Shown here: positions 36,873 through 49,291 of the stretch, piece by piece | How the letters are laid out: the number at the start of each line of letters is the position of its first letter | Position numbering within the stretch: the first letter of the stretch is position 1 | From: Proteromonas lacertae | Lineage: Eukaryota | Direction of reading: 5' to 3' | NCBI GenBank assembly: GCA_002245135.1 | Contig: NGBS01001180.1 | Coordinates: forward strand, 1 to 64,000 | Length of the DNA stretch: 64,000 nucleotides | Notes under the pieces: model-generated | Databases searched by the model: none | What the model saw: only the letters and a program-made list of their open reading frames with translations | What the model was told of the DNA's origin: nothing | Made by a program: the position numbers and the translations under genes

Positions 36873-38708
36873 TTATACTTTCACATATGACAATTTTTCA
36901 TTTATGGAATGTGAAAACTTTTTATATAATGAATCATATTGTATGTAGCAATAAGAGATATTATCAATCTTAGTAATATAAATGTTTTTGTCTAAAAACA
37001 TTAGTTGTTTATATAGATTTTGTTTAAGTATATTTACAATACAATTAGTCAAATGATGAGAATCAGAATATATTCTATATCCATCTTTAAACATATAACA
37101 TTTATTGTTTGAACAATAATGAGATGTAAGATTTATATACGCTATATTATTTACATTAATAATTGGTTGTATATCTGTTGTGCAATTTATATTTATTATA
37201 CAAAATAAGTTTGCATTGTTTTCATTTGTTGTATAATATATGTGAGGATTATAATTTAATGAAGGATTATCAACTATTATAATCACTTTTATTGAGATAT
37301 TAGCTAGATAATAATTAAATAATATGTAATTCTTTAGAAAAACAATATTCCTATATTTGGGGTTTGAATAAAAAGATTCATAAGTATAATATGGATTTCC
37401 TAATATACTTACAACTCTTTTCATTATCAAATAGTTGTCATTTAAAAAATAATTAATCCAAAATATAATAAATACAACAAACAAACCTGTAGATTTATAT
37501 ATAGGTAACAATATTTCATTCCACTGTCTCAAATGTGAATCTCCTACCAAAAGAATATACGTTCTATCCATTCTTTGTATTTTATGTTTAGTATTAATAA
37601 ATATACATTCTGAAATGAATTTATCATCTGCTGGAAAAGCATTAGTACAGTTAACGGAATTATAATTTTTCTTTTGAAAATATTTAATAGATTTATATTG
37701 AAGAAATGTAATAAAAATAATACTCAATAAGCTAAAGGAAAATGTTTTATACAAAGATATCTTTAAATTCACAAAATTATCTTCAATTAAATAAAAGCAG
37801 GAAATACTCATTATTATTACAATGCATAGAGTAACTTGTGGGTATTTACTAATTATTGGATAATGTATTATATAAAATGAATAAGATATAGACCCTAGAT
37901 ATTGGAATAATCTTACTGAAAATAACGAATAACTCTTAGGATCTTGATATAACATTAAGAAAGAGGTTGCTAAAGGAAAAATCATTCTGTAGTTAGGATA
38001 ATTACCAAGTGAACATATATAACTACTTATAATCCACATCATGATTATAAAAAAATCATATAAAAAATGACGCTCTACTATATTTATTTTATGTGCTATA
38101 GTTAAATATGATCCAAATACTAATTCACAAAATCTAACTTCAAATGAATAATATGAATAACTTATTCTTTTATGGCTTATTAACAAAGAAAACATGAAAG
38201 CGATAATGAACAGCATAAGTAGAGAATAATTTAAATATTTATTAAATAATAATCTAATCACAATTGGCCATATTAAATAAAACTGATTCTCAATAGATAA
38301 GGACCAATAATGTAATAAAGGAGTAGAATTAAGCGAAATTGATTGTTCTAAATAATTAACTGATATGTAATAATAGTAATAATTAGCATATGAATACAAA
38401 CAAGATAATATTTCTTTTGCTCTTTTATAAGAAATATATGGATTTGATATAGATATAATATATATTAAAAACAACATTAAGTTTGACATAGGTTGTAAAC
38501 GAAGTATTCTGCCTCGATAGAATAGTGCATAATACTTTCTTTCTTTCATTTTTCTTATTAAACTTCCTGTTATAAAATATCCTGATAAAGTAAAGAATAT
38601 ATCAACACCTATAAATCCTCCTTTAAAATATTTATTCTTTTTATGAAAATAGAAAACAAAAAGCATAGCAAAAAATCTAACACACTGTAAATCATTTCTA
38701 AAATTCAT
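36873..38708 (-). CDS. OafA/OatA-type O-acyltransferase (acyltransferase-3 membrane domain plus SGNH domain)
   Basis: FRNDLQCVR...FH, GGFIGVDIFFTLSGY, PLLHYWSLSIENQFY, LGSISYSFYIIHYP, LVGDSH, YSDSHHLT. Confidence 0.92.
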   Translation of the reverse strand: MNFRNDLQCVRFFAMLFVFYFHKKNKYFKGGFIGVDIFFTLSGYFITGSLIRKMKERKYYALFYRGRILRLQPMSNLMLFLIYIISISNPYISYKRAKEILSCLYSYANYYYYYISVNYLEQSISLNSTPLLHYWSLSIENQFYLIWPIVIRLLFNKYLNYSLLMLFIIAFMFSLLISHKRISYSYYSFEVRFCELVFGSYLTIAHKINIVERHFLYDFFIIMMWIISSYICSLGNYPNYRMIFPLATSFLMLYQDPKSYSLFSVRLFQYLGSISYSFYIIHYPIISKYPQVTLCIVIIMSISCFYLIEDNFVNLKISLYKTFSFSLLSIIFITFLQYKSIKYFQKKNYNSVNCTNAFPADDKFISECIFINTKHKIQRMDRTYILLVGDSHLRQWNEILLPIYKSTGLFVVFIIFWINYFLNDNYLIMKRVVSILGNPYYTYESFYSNPKYRNIVFLKNYILFNYYLANISIKVIIIVDNPSLNYNPHIYYTTNENNANLFCIININCTTDIQPIINVNNIAYINLTSHYCSNNKCYMFKDGYRIYSDSHHLTNCIVNILKQNLYKQLMFLDKNIYITKIDNISYCYIQYDSLYKKFSHSINEKLSYVKV

Positions 38709-40397
38709 TATTTAAATTTTCAGTTGGTAAGTACCAAGTTAAGATGGTTAATCAATAACAGCATCTGTTGTGCTGAAAAAATGTAAATTGTTGATGAAAA
38801 GTCTTTGAAGATGAATGAAAAAATTCCTTTCCTTATATATCATTATAGAAAAAAATTCAGTCCATGTTATGAGTGATTATCAGTCTATGTGACCAGCCGC
38901 TACTGTGTGGGGACTAGACAAAATATAGAAGCAAAATAATGAATGAACTTAGAAGTATATTTGTTGATGGTGATGATAAATTTAAATGTCGTTAAAGTGC
39001 TCGTTTCTTTAAAAATAAGTATAGATCAAAAGAAATTACATTATGTAGAATGTGTTTTAAATTCTTATTAAAATTCTTTAATAATAGTCGTAAATATTTA
39101 GGTAAAGAAATATATAGTAAAGATAATAAAATAAGATGTTTTATATGCAGAAAAATGAAACCTGCTTTTAAAATACATAGCAATAATAGATGTAAGAAAT
39201 GCATGAGACATTATGAACATAAACTTGAAAAGAAACAAATAGAATAATCATAAAAAATTGATAAATATATTGAATCATTGTTTTATTCGGGTTTTTCTTA
39301 CTATATAATAGAGTTTTAAGTGTATTTATATATATATATATAATGAATAATTCATCAAATACATCAATAATGAATTCATTGAAAGATGTATCAAGTACTA
39401 TTGATTCACTTAAAAATGAGATGTATATAGTATTATTTTTGTTAGGTTTATGGTTATTAAATAAAATCAAACAAATAGGTGTTTATTTATATCGAAGACA
39501 TTGCCCAGAAGATATATAAAGAATATTAGATGAACATAAGTATCAAGAATTCATTCAAATAGATCACTAGATGATATAAGTTTAGATATGAATGAGAAGA
39601 AAAATAATTAATTAATATATATATTATATTTTATAATGTAATAGATGAATATGTATGTATATATCTTTCCCAAATAAAAAACAAAAATAATAATTCAATT
39701 CTGTAAAGAGTACCTTTTTAATATAAAGATAATGTATAACTTAGCAAAATAGAAGTAAGTATTTTAATTACTTTTTTTATTTAAGAAAGTCATCAAATAT
39801 ACTTTCATCTGGACTGAAATCAATATCATTATCAATATCAACATCAACAATATTACCATCACCATCAAAATTGAACTTGAAAATTGATTGATATTTATCT
39901 AGATGATAATCATTTATTAAAAAAGTTATATGATAATGAATCTATATTAAGCAATTGTATTATATTATAAACACCTTTTTATTAATTTGAGTGAAATCCT
40001 ACCATGTATTGTAAAAATAAAAAACTATATTCCAATATTCCAATATATTCTATCAGTAGAAAAGTAGATAAATATAGTGTGTTTATATCTATTCCTACCC
40101 CCAGGCTAAGCTATCTGTAGAGAAAAAACCTATAGAGAGAGTGATACATTCACTTAGCAAGTTAATATTTTAACTTTTTTTAAATATTAAATTGGAGAGT
40201 TTAATCGGTTAAAATTGTTTACAAATCAGTATAAATTGTTTATAAAATGTAAACAAAAACATTGATTTTAGTGTAAATTTTTTATTTTTCAAACTCTCCC
40301 TTGTTTTTCTTTTCCTCTATTATATATATTAACATATACAAAAAACATTAGAGAAATTCGTTCATATTTTTACAAACTGATAATGAATAGTTTTTTT

Positions 40398-41485
40398 CAG
40401 GGTTGTATTTATCGGTTACCGACGGAGATAGGTCAAAACCTATAGGTTTTGCCTTGACTGTCAGTCGGTCAAGCCTTACAAGCCGTATATTATAAAATCT
40501 ATTTTAATTCATTATATACTAATTTTCCCTTCATAAAAACTATCTTATAATATATTTTAATACTTGATTCATATATTTTCAATTCAATTAAATAATTTTT
40601 AACTTTTTATAAAGAATTACAATTTAATACTCAATAATAATTAGGTATTTTATATAAATATGTTCTTATTTATTTCTACTAATCATCAGTTTCATTTGTA
40701 ATCTATCACATGATAAATTTGATTTGGATAAGTTACTTATTGGTCCACCTTCTCGGAAAATATTCTTTCTATCTCTGAAGATGTTGCTAGACTGTTTAAA
40801 TTGTTCTTGGCAAGTATGTATACCCTAGGAAACTTGGACTTTAATGATAGCCAGATATTTCTAATGGTTTCAGAGGTGCTGTAATGAATATCATATTGCA
40901 AATATTCTTGTACTTCATTTGGCATAATTAATCTCTTTCTTTTTACTGCAAATGCATTTATCAAGGCTTTTTATCTTTAACATATTATACCATAAGGTTT
41001 TGTATAAGTTAAAATTAAGATGTTCAAGCATATTTGCCTCTTTTAAGGCAATAACTTCACGAGCCGCTCCAATTGGTAAAACTATACTCCTAGAATATAT
41101 AATGATAGATTATATTAGATACATTTATGATAATTTTAAGAAATGATTAATGTCAAGCTAAAAGTTTGCCATTTTTTCTTTCAAATTTTTATAATCATTC
41201 TATACTTTATATTACATATATAACACAATAGAATAACTCATTGGTAAGGTTAGATTCAATTATGAAGAAAGAAAAAAGCGCATCAACCGACGGTTAATTC
41301 GGTATTTTATAGAATGATATATAGAGCTTGAATTCAATATGCACAGTTAGATAATATTATTAATATCACATGTTTAGGAGGAGGTCAGCTAATAGTTACT
41401 ACAGCCTGGTGTCGGTCAACATTTATTTATTGACCTACGACCGATCGGTTTTCTCCGTCGGTCATGACCGATTTATACAACCCTG
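40398..41485 (-). mobile_element. Internally deleted hAT DNA transposon
   Basis: Inverted termini CAGGGTTGTAT..ATCGGT..ACCGACGGAGA at both ends; internal hAT dimerisation-domain remnant. No matching 8-bp TSD. Confidence 0.85.
40737..40964 (-). pseudogene. hAT transposase C-terminal dimerisation domain remnant
   Basis: EVQEYL...WLSLKSKFPRVYILAKNNLNSLATSSEIERIFS. Confidence 0.88.
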
Positions 41486-41849
41486 GTTGCCATGAATTAA
41501 TCCAAACAGAACCATTACTATGATGAAGCCAATTCATTATAGGAGCAAATGTGAATTGAATATAAATGACATCACCAAAATAAATATTGATTCTTCAAAG
41601 CTAATATGGTATTATAGAGTTAATATTTCTATTTTACCTCATTCAAGAAAGCATTAAAAATAGATTCTTTAGTTTTATAGTTAAAATTAAAAAATGATAG
41701 ACACGATCTGAGTCTAGTACACTTATTCCTATATTACACTCAAACCTACTCAATCAAACATTCTTATAGTGATATATAAGTAATTTTAATCATATAAACT
41801 AATTTTCATGTTGTAGCTGTTATTTCTATTTAAATATCTTGACAATATT

Positions 41850-43580
41850 TTAAAAATATAATTGTAAAATGCATCCTTTGTATGGATATTTCCAAGCTCT
41901 TAGTATCTTATTTTTATATAGTACATATTCACATTCTAATCTTGCAGACAAATTATTATTATTATTTATGATAAACGGCTTAATCATCTCAATTGTATAA
42001 TTAAATATACTCTTATAAAAGTTAAATGTGAAATGATGTTCATCAGCATATATGCAATATCCCTTATAGTTAAGATTACATGAATTATTAGTGCAAAATA
42101 GATGTGTAAGATCCACAGATATAATTCCATAAATATTATGATTATTATTATGTGAAAATATAGTAATATCAACTCCTTTTTTAGCTATATATCTCTTTTG
42201 CTTCTTGCATGATAATCTTTGTTTCAACACTGGAGTAGGTATGAAGTAAAATATATAATCTGCTTTTGATTTAAGGTATCTTAAATATGAATCTATTTTC
42301 AATGGATATTTTTTTATATATTCTTCATGTAAATTGTCATAAAACAAATTCATATTAATAATAAAATGAAATTTGTCTGAAATATCATATATATTAGAAT
42401 TGTTTCTTACTATGAACTCAGTATGAATATATTTATAATATATAGTGTAGTTATTATTATGTAGTATATTATAATAGTTACCTAGTAAATTAAAAGCATG
42501 CGAATCTCCTACAACTAATACTGACTTGTAAATGAAGTTTTTATTATTTATATAGCAACAATAACTATCTCTGATAATTTTTTCAATAACATTCAATTTA
42601 CCTGAAATATTACCATTATTATTATTATATCTCATTACAATTACGCAGAACAACACACTATATAGTTCAACTAATAGAAATGTTAAATGTATAATTTTAT
42701 GTTTCAATACACTTGTTATTGGATTTTTTCCATACATAAAATACAAAGCAATAGATATAACACCAACTCTAAAAGTTAATAATATATCAAATGATTCTAA
42801 TTTAATTATTGGATAATGTACCAGATATATATAAAAAGAAATCTGACCAATTATTTCAATCGGAGTAAATTTAATGTTTATTAAACATGATAAGTATATA
42901 AATGTTGAAATTGATATTACAATATGATATAATCTTTCATCAATATATTTTTTTGAATAAATAAAAATACTTGTTAAAAATAATGAGGATATAAATTTCA
43001 ACATAATATTATTATTCTTAATTGTTTTGATTCTTGGAATTAAATATTCCCAAATTCTTGTAACAAACGAAAAATAATTATAGGATGTATATATATTAAA
43101 TGTAATGATGTATATGAGTAAAGAAAATGATGATAAGACTAAATTCATTACTTTTGAATTCTTTACATTAAATGAATTGATAGAATGAAGCTGAAAATCA
43201 ACAGAAATATACCAGTGATGAAGAAAGAGTGAATGTTCAGGAGGATTAAAATAATCAGCAGCGTGATAAATAAAATGATAATTTGAATATAAGAAAGAAG
43301 TTGATAATATTTCGTTGTATAGTTGATCATATTGTTGTTCATATATATCTTTTCTATATAGCAGAATTACTACAAACATTTCTGTAAAACAAGGAAATAT
43401 TAATCTTACATATCTTTTTAATAAGTTAATCCATATTATGTTAGAATTAGATAAATATCCTGAAATTGTAAGAAATATTTTTACAGCTATATAGCCATAT
43501 TTTAAAATATTACAATGATATAAAACAATAATTATTATAGAATAACCTCGAAGTATTTGAATATCATTTCTATAATTCAT
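41850..43580 (-). CDS. OafA/OatA-type O-acyltransferase plus SGNH, paralog 2
   Basis: YRNDIQILRG...YH, FLTISGYL, FLHHWYISVDFQ, IGQISFYIYLVHYP, VVGDSHA, YADEHHFT; likely start ATG 43580. Confidence 0.88.
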   Translation of the reverse strand: MNYRNDIQILRGYSIIIIVLYHCNILKYGYIAVKIFLTISGYLSNSNIIWINLLKRYVRLIFPCFTEMFVVILLYRKDIYEQQYDQLYNEILSTSFLYSNYHFIYHAADYFNPPEHSLFLHHWYISVDFQLHSINSFNVKNSKVMNLVLSSFSLLIYIITFNIYTSYNYFSFVTRIWEYLIPRIKTIKNNNIMLKFISSLFLTSIFIYSKKYIDERLYHIVISISTFIYLSCLINIKFTPIEIIGQISFYIYLVHYPIIKLESFDILLTFRVGVISIALYFMYGKNPITSVLKHKIIHLTFLLVELYSVLFCVIVMRYNNNNGNISGKLNVIEKIIRDSYCCYINNKNFIYKSVLVVGDSHAFNLLGNYYNILHNNNYTIYYKYIHTEFIVRNNSNIYDISDKFHFIINMNLFYDNLHEEYIKKYPLKIDSYLRYLKSKADYIFYFIPTPVLKQRLSCKKQKRYIAKKGVDITIFSHNNNHNIYGIISVDLTHLFCTNNSCNLNYKGYCIYADEHHFTFNFYKSIFNYTIEMIKPFIINNNNNLSARLECEYVLYKNKILRAWKYPYKGCILQLYF

Positions 43581-44070
43581 ATTAACAAACTTAAATAACA
43601 CTATTACCACATGTTAAGTTATAATATCTTTACTTATTTAAATAAATATTACTAAATTATACTCAGGAGTTTTCTAAAAATTTCACTAAAACAATATATT
43701 TAAGGACGATAGGCGATTAACTTAACAAACTTAATATATAGTTTATAAATAGGACAATGGCTACATGTCACGCAGTTCTTACGAGTGTTCCTAGGTCTTT
43801 CCCCTTCTAGATCAAGAGTTGACTTCTACAGGAGCTTCATACATTGCATCGATAAGCTCAACTTCACTTGTGAAGACTTCGAAAGTTATAGGAAAGTAAT
43901 AACCTAAGCAAGGTGAACCACCTTCAGAACTACCCGATGATGACGCAAATGGTTCACTTTTCTTCATCACCCATAGGAATATTTTACTTATATTATAACT
44001 AAGTATATTAGTAATAATAAATTAATGAAAATTTATGTAATTATAATTAAAAATTAGGCAGTTTATACTA

Positions 44071-44178
44071 ATGAAGAAATATTACTTTATTATTTCTTTT
44101 ATCATATTATTTTTAATTCTATATATATCATTAAATATAAAAGTAAAGAATAAAACTATTATATTAAATGTAGTTTTT
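44071..44178 (+). pseudogene. Inverted, near-identical 5' fragment of the GT gene starting at 46701
   Basis: About 108 nt matching the reverse complement of ~46594-46701 with only a few substitutions. Confidence 0.88.
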
Positions 44179-44271
44179 AAGGGTCTTCTAATTGAAATCT
44201 AAATATTTTAATCATCTTAGCTAATGTATTTTAGTCTCTAGTAGTGAATGAAACTTATCAAAATAGTGTGT

Positions 44272-44397
44272 TGCAGATATAGGTTATATAACAAAGTAAG
44301 TATAAAAGTAACAATATTTCATCAAGACAAGTAAGAATATACATTTAGTTTGTTTTAAAAGTGTCTGGTAGACAAACGGCCAACTATGACAAACGGC
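44272..44397 (-). repeat. LTR-like dispersed repeat, partial copy
   Basis: Reverse complement of the GCCGTTTGTCATAGTTGGCCGTTTGTCTACCAGACACTTTT family at 53653 and 60952. Confidence 0.85.
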
Positions 44398-44690
44398 CAC
44401 TGAAAGTCATTATTAATGTAATTTTAATGGATATTTATATGGAGTAGTTGTACTTATAAACATATCTGGATACTTTACTAGGTTTAATGATAATAATGTT
44501 GTGATCAACATTATTATATTGGAATATAGAATTTGTTTATTTTATATTATCATTATAATCATTTTTATATGACTATTTAAATGAATGTATAAAACAAAAC
44601 ATTATCTATTATTACAATACTTTTATTAAATTATGGTATTATTTACTAGCAATTTGTATGAAATATTACTATGTTAAATAATTGAAGTAT

Positions 44691-45554
44691 ATGAAATCAA
44701 GTATTTTCTTTTTAGTATTATTTTTATTCTTTTCATTTTCGTTAATCAAAGTTATATCTAATAAAAAATCGTTAGCCATAATAGATAAAGTAAATTCCAT
44801 AATTCCTCCTTTTATAATAAATGATCAATATTTTTACTTTGTAAGAACAAAATACAGAAACATTTCATTCAATCAATATATTAGAAGCAATGATATAATA
44901 TCAAATTACATTAAAATAAATGGTAGATGGGATGAATGCCAAAAAATCTTTGATATATGGAATTCCAGCAAAGAAAAGGGTATTTTTCTTGATTTGGGTG
45001 CTAATATTGGTTCATGTTCTTTTCTTTTTGCAGAAATTGGAGTAAAGGTTATTGCTTTCGAGCCTTTATCTAACAATTTATTTCCTTTTAGTGTGACAAC
45101 TTTTTGTAATTCATATTATAAAAACTATATTACAATATATCCATATGCATTAGGAAAAGAAGAAAAAGAACAATTAATATATATATTAAAGAATAATTGG
45201 GGAGCTTCATCGATGTACTATAAATTTACTGATTATAATCAAACTATAACTGTAAAGACACTAGATAACTTTAAAGATATTATTCCAAATAATATTTCGA
45301 TGATAAAAATTGATGTTGAAGGTGGAGAATATGATCTTTTACTTGGAGGAACTAATTTCTTTAAATCTCATCATACAGAGTTTATGTATATAGAGGCTTC
45401 ATGCGGTATAGTGAATGAAAATGGTAAATATGAAATTGAAAAGCTATACAAACTTATATCAGATTTAGGTTATGATATAGATAAAAAAATTAATTGTAGT
45501 AAAAGAAAAGTAGGTAATATTGTTGTTAAGTCAAAGTTACTAAGAAATAAATAA
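44691..45554 (+). CDS. FkbM-family (Methyltransf_21) SAM-dependent methyltransferase with signal anchor
   Basis: FLDLGANIG, AFEPL, PYALG, IKIDVEGGE; hydrophobic N-terminus. Confidence 0.92.
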   Translation: MKSSIFFLVLFLFFSFSLIKVISNKKSLAIIDKVNSIIPPFIINDQYFYFVRTKYRNISFNQYIRSNDIISNYIKINGRWDECQKIFDIWNSSKEKGIFLDLGANIGSCSFLFAEIGVKVIAFEPLSNNLFPFSVTTFCNSYYKNYITIYPYALGKEEKEQLIYILKNNWGASSMYYKFTDYNQTITVKTLDNFKDIIPNNISMIKIDVEGGEYDLLLGGTNFFKSHHTEFMYIEASCGIVNENGKYEIEKLYKLISDLGYDIDKKINCSKRKVGNIVVKSKLLRNK

Positions 45555-45741
45555 AAATGAGAAATATATAAGTGATTATATAAAAATAGAAAAACTAAAA
45601 TATATTTTCATTTTAAAGAACATATCAATAAAAAACAACTAAGAATATTTATATAAAATCTCTTATCATATATGATTAATCATATTAAACAAATTAATTA
45701 TAATCTTTCTTGTTTATCTAAATCACATGAATATATTAAAT

Positions 45742-46701
45742 TTATAGATAATATAAACACTGTTCCATATAATCTCCTTTAACAATAAAAGTTGTATTAT
45801 ATGTATAAATACCTCTTATCTTTCTTATTATATTAGGATCAGATTCAATGAGTAAAGGAACATTATATGTTTTTCTTATCAAATTAATTGCATAGGATCT
45901 ATTTTCATAAATTATTACTCCTCCTAAATGAAGTGGCTCATGTTTTGTAGGTTTCTGTGTATTATCTGAACATGCACAATAATCAGGTTTTATTGGAGTT
46001 TTGCTAGAAGGACACATAGGTTTTTTAGTAGTAATATTGTAGTACACTTTCAATACTGCGCTTATCCAAAAATCTTCTGAGGTATGGATAGTAGGAGGAG
46101 GATATTTCCATAAGTCTCTTATCCATTTTGTTTTTCCAGCCCACATATGCCCACCAAAATCATATTCTATATCTTCATCATAAGTTACAGGAAGTAATTG
46201 TTTAATTCTTTTTTCAACAACTATCTCTTTTGAATGTACATCAACTAATCTTCCCATTCTTACTGCCAAAGATCCTGAATTAACTACTCTAATCATATTC
46301 TCAAAGTATTTACTTCCCCACATTACATCATCATCAATAATTATAAAATATGAATTAGTTGTTGTATATGAAACTAAAGGTCCTAAAAACCTGCCATAAA
46401 ACCCAGTCTCGATAGTAGAATGAATATAAACTGTATCAAATCTATTTAATTTTCTCCATCTATTAATTATACCTGATATGTTGTTATATGAACCACTTTG
46501 AAATACTATAACATTAACTTTTATAAATTTTATAAATGACTGTCTTGCAATTAGTTCTAATTGTTTTACTAAATTGTCTCTCATAAATACTGTTAAAACT
46601 ACATTTAATATAATAGTTTTATTCTTTACTTTTGTATTTAATGATATATATAGAATTAAAAATAATATGATAAAAGAAATAATAAAGAAATATTTCTTCA
46701 T
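45742..46701 (-). CDS. GT-A fold glycosyltransferase (GT2-like), type II membrane protein, paralog 1
   Basis: Signal anchor, GFYGRF, IIIDDD (DxD), DFGGHMW, SEDFWIS; start reassigned to ATG 46701. Confidence 0.78.
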   Translation of the reverse strand: MKKYFFIISFIILFLILYISLNTKVKNKTIILNVVLTVFMRDNLVKQLELIARQSFIKFIKVNVIVFQSGSYNNISGIINRWRKLNRFDTVYIHSTIETGFYGRFLGPLVSYTTTNSYFIIIDDDVMWGSKYFENMIRVVNSGSLAVRMGRLVDVHSKEIVVEKRIKQLLPVTYDEDIEYDFGGHMWAGKTKWIRDLWKYPPPTIHTSEDFWISAVLKVYYNITTKKPMCPSSKTPIKPDYCACSDNTQKPTKHEPLHLGGVIIYENRSYAINLIRKTYNVPLLIESDPNIIRKIRGIYTYNTTFIVKGDYMEQCLYYL

Positions 46702-46727
46702 TAATTTTAAAATAATTACGTTGGACG

Positions 46728-47060
46728 TGTTGTGCGCCATTGAGCCGATCTCATCATACAATTACTTTTAAAAACAAACTAATATCGTTTTTATCTTAGT
46801 TATATAGAGTTATTAACAAATATATAGTTAGTTTATCATATGACCTATATCTGTGATATACTTTTTTATGAACTTCATTATTCTCAATATCAAACTAATT
46901 TTTTTTATATTTTCTATTTTCATGTATCGGTGACTACTACAGTCTACAATACATTATCTGATATGAATAGATTTCACTAATTTTAATAACAACTTATTTA
47001 AAAAAGAGATTAAAAAGCTGGCTTGAGTGAGGCTTGAACTTATTTTTTCTTTTTTCTTTT
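46728..47060 (+). repeat. Diverged LTR-like repeat
   Basis: Starts TGTTGTGCGCC and contains GGCTTGAGTGAGGCTTGA (47020), also seen at 60906 and 61161. Confidence 0.55.
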
Positions 47061-48256
47061 TTCACTACCTTAACATTAAAAGAAAAAATTAATATAACAT
47101 CTTTATCAAATCCATATATTTCATATAAAAGAGCAAAAGAAACATTATCAATTTACTATGACCGATTATCAATACTGTCCATAGACAACTTAATGAGTAA
47201 ATAGAAGTTGGTAATTCTTTTAAGAACACTGTTTCATTTATATCTCCAAATTCAATTAACATTTCCCTCTTATCCATATCATAAATTATGTCATACATCT
47301 TATTTACTTTCATTTCCGTGTCCGCAACTTCAGTTACATTATTTCCTTTTAATAACAATGGTTTTTTGGTAATTATTACCGCTTTATCACAAGATACCAT
47401 ATTTTCACATTTGGAAAAGCCAATGATAAATTTATCAACTTCACAATTAATTCTAATTTTAATTAAATAATCTCCAACTTTAACTTGTTCATGGTATATA
47501 CAATAATTCTTCTTGTGTTGCTGTAATATGAGGTACTAATAAATTTACATCCTAGCAAATGAAATTTACATATAATTAGTAATGATTCTTATGCTCATAA
47601 TCACGTCCAACAAACCTATTCTAATTATTATTCATGCAATTATTATTTAACTACACTGCAAATAAAGAGAATGAACTACCGCTTGTCAAAATAAGTCTCA
47701 TTTATTGGATTTCTTTTTGTTATTTAGAATAACATCATGAACAACTACATGCAAAATTTATTCAGCTCTGTTAATAACAAATTTCCATAAGTCATTAGGG
47801 CATATTAAATAATTACCTTCGTTGAAAAATCCTAATCCATATGTAATTGTTAATTTAGGATAAAAATGGAAAGATGAAGATTTTTAATTAAAATATATCA
47901 GTGAATATTATTTCATCAAGATCAGTAAATATTATTTTATCAGCATTGTATTTGTTTCTAAAAAACAAACATTTTGTTTCCAAACATTTTGAAGATATTG
48001 CTGAGTTTCTTTATATTGATGATTAAATGAGTTTCATGATAATCTATCAAAGAGAATTTCATAATTTATAAAATAGCTATAACTATAATTATTAATTCTT
48101 TTAAAGGGATGAATCTTTATATGCATATTCTTTGAAAAGGTACTCTTTTAATATTCATAAATAAATATTCATAATTGTATATTACTTCAAATTGAAAAAT
48201 AGAAAAATTACAATTACATACATTAAAAATAGAAAAATTAAATAACAGTTAAATAC

Positions 48257-49271
48257 ATGTTAATTTTAATATACTTATTCTTTTCAATCATTCTATTTCT
48301 ATCTATTGATTTTGATATTTCACTTGAAAACTTAATGAATATTATTAGGATGTATAAATCATCAAAAAGTGCTGTATATGTAAATATAAGAGCAGGATTA
48401 GGAAACAGATTAATGTCTGTTGCCGGTATAATAATAATGTCGATATATTATCAATCAAAACCATTTTGTATATCAATTCATATAGTGAATAGTATTAAAT
48501 TGGAAAGAATTCGATATATTTTACTATATTCCTGAGTATAATATCACTCAAACTAACATAATAAGCGGAAAAGAATTTTACATTTGTCCTTTTAAAATAG
48601 AAAAAATAAAAACTATAAAAAAGAATTCAAATTTATATTTTAAATATATTTGGTGTGATACATTAGTGGAGTTATTAAATAATAGTATTTTCTACAAATC
48701 TATTAAATTCTATTTCAATATTCACAATTTAGAAGATGTTATGTTTAATGTTTTCTATGTATATTATAGAATATTTACAGAATTAATTATTCTGCATAAG
48801 TCTATAGAAGAAAAAGTAAACTACTATGTCTCGCATCTGTTATATAGTGCATATATTGGTATTCAAATTAGGGTTGGAAATGCTGATTTAAAAGAAAAGG
48901 CAAATATAAATGCTAGTGATATAAATGAGATGATTTGTATAGCTAATAAATATTATAATAAAAGTAAATGGTTTTTAACAGGAGATTCACAAAAACTAAA
49001 ATTAGAGCTTAGCAGAAAACATAACAATATTTATATTTATTCTAAAAATTTGAGTAAACACTATGCAAAATATAAGAATGATTCTACAATTGTAATAGAA
49101 CATAATATACTATGTAGATCGAATTTCTTATTAATTTCTAGAAGTACTTTTGGTTTAACAGCTTTGTTAAAATCTGGATTATTATTATATAAAAATATGA
49201 ACTTAAGTTATGTAATTAAAAAAGGCAATGCGATTAATATAAAAGAAAATTTTAATAGTTTTAGTAAATAA
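48257..49271 (+). CDS. Fucosyltransferase-like (GT11/GT23/GT37 clan), intron-containing, possibly disrupted
   Basis: Signal anchor, RAGLGNRLMS, YIGIQIRVG, FLTGDS, SRSTFG; short intron near 48468-48492. Confidence 0.75.
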
Positions 49272-49291
49272 TATTATATTTTAATATTTCA

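Noticed and set aside
38990..39600. Cys-containing 65-aa ORF (39050-39247) and neighbouring fragments as viral genes
   Set aside because: Too short and broken to assign.
47089..48050. Decayed coding-like sequence including ORF 47089-47400
   Set aside because: No recognisable motif.
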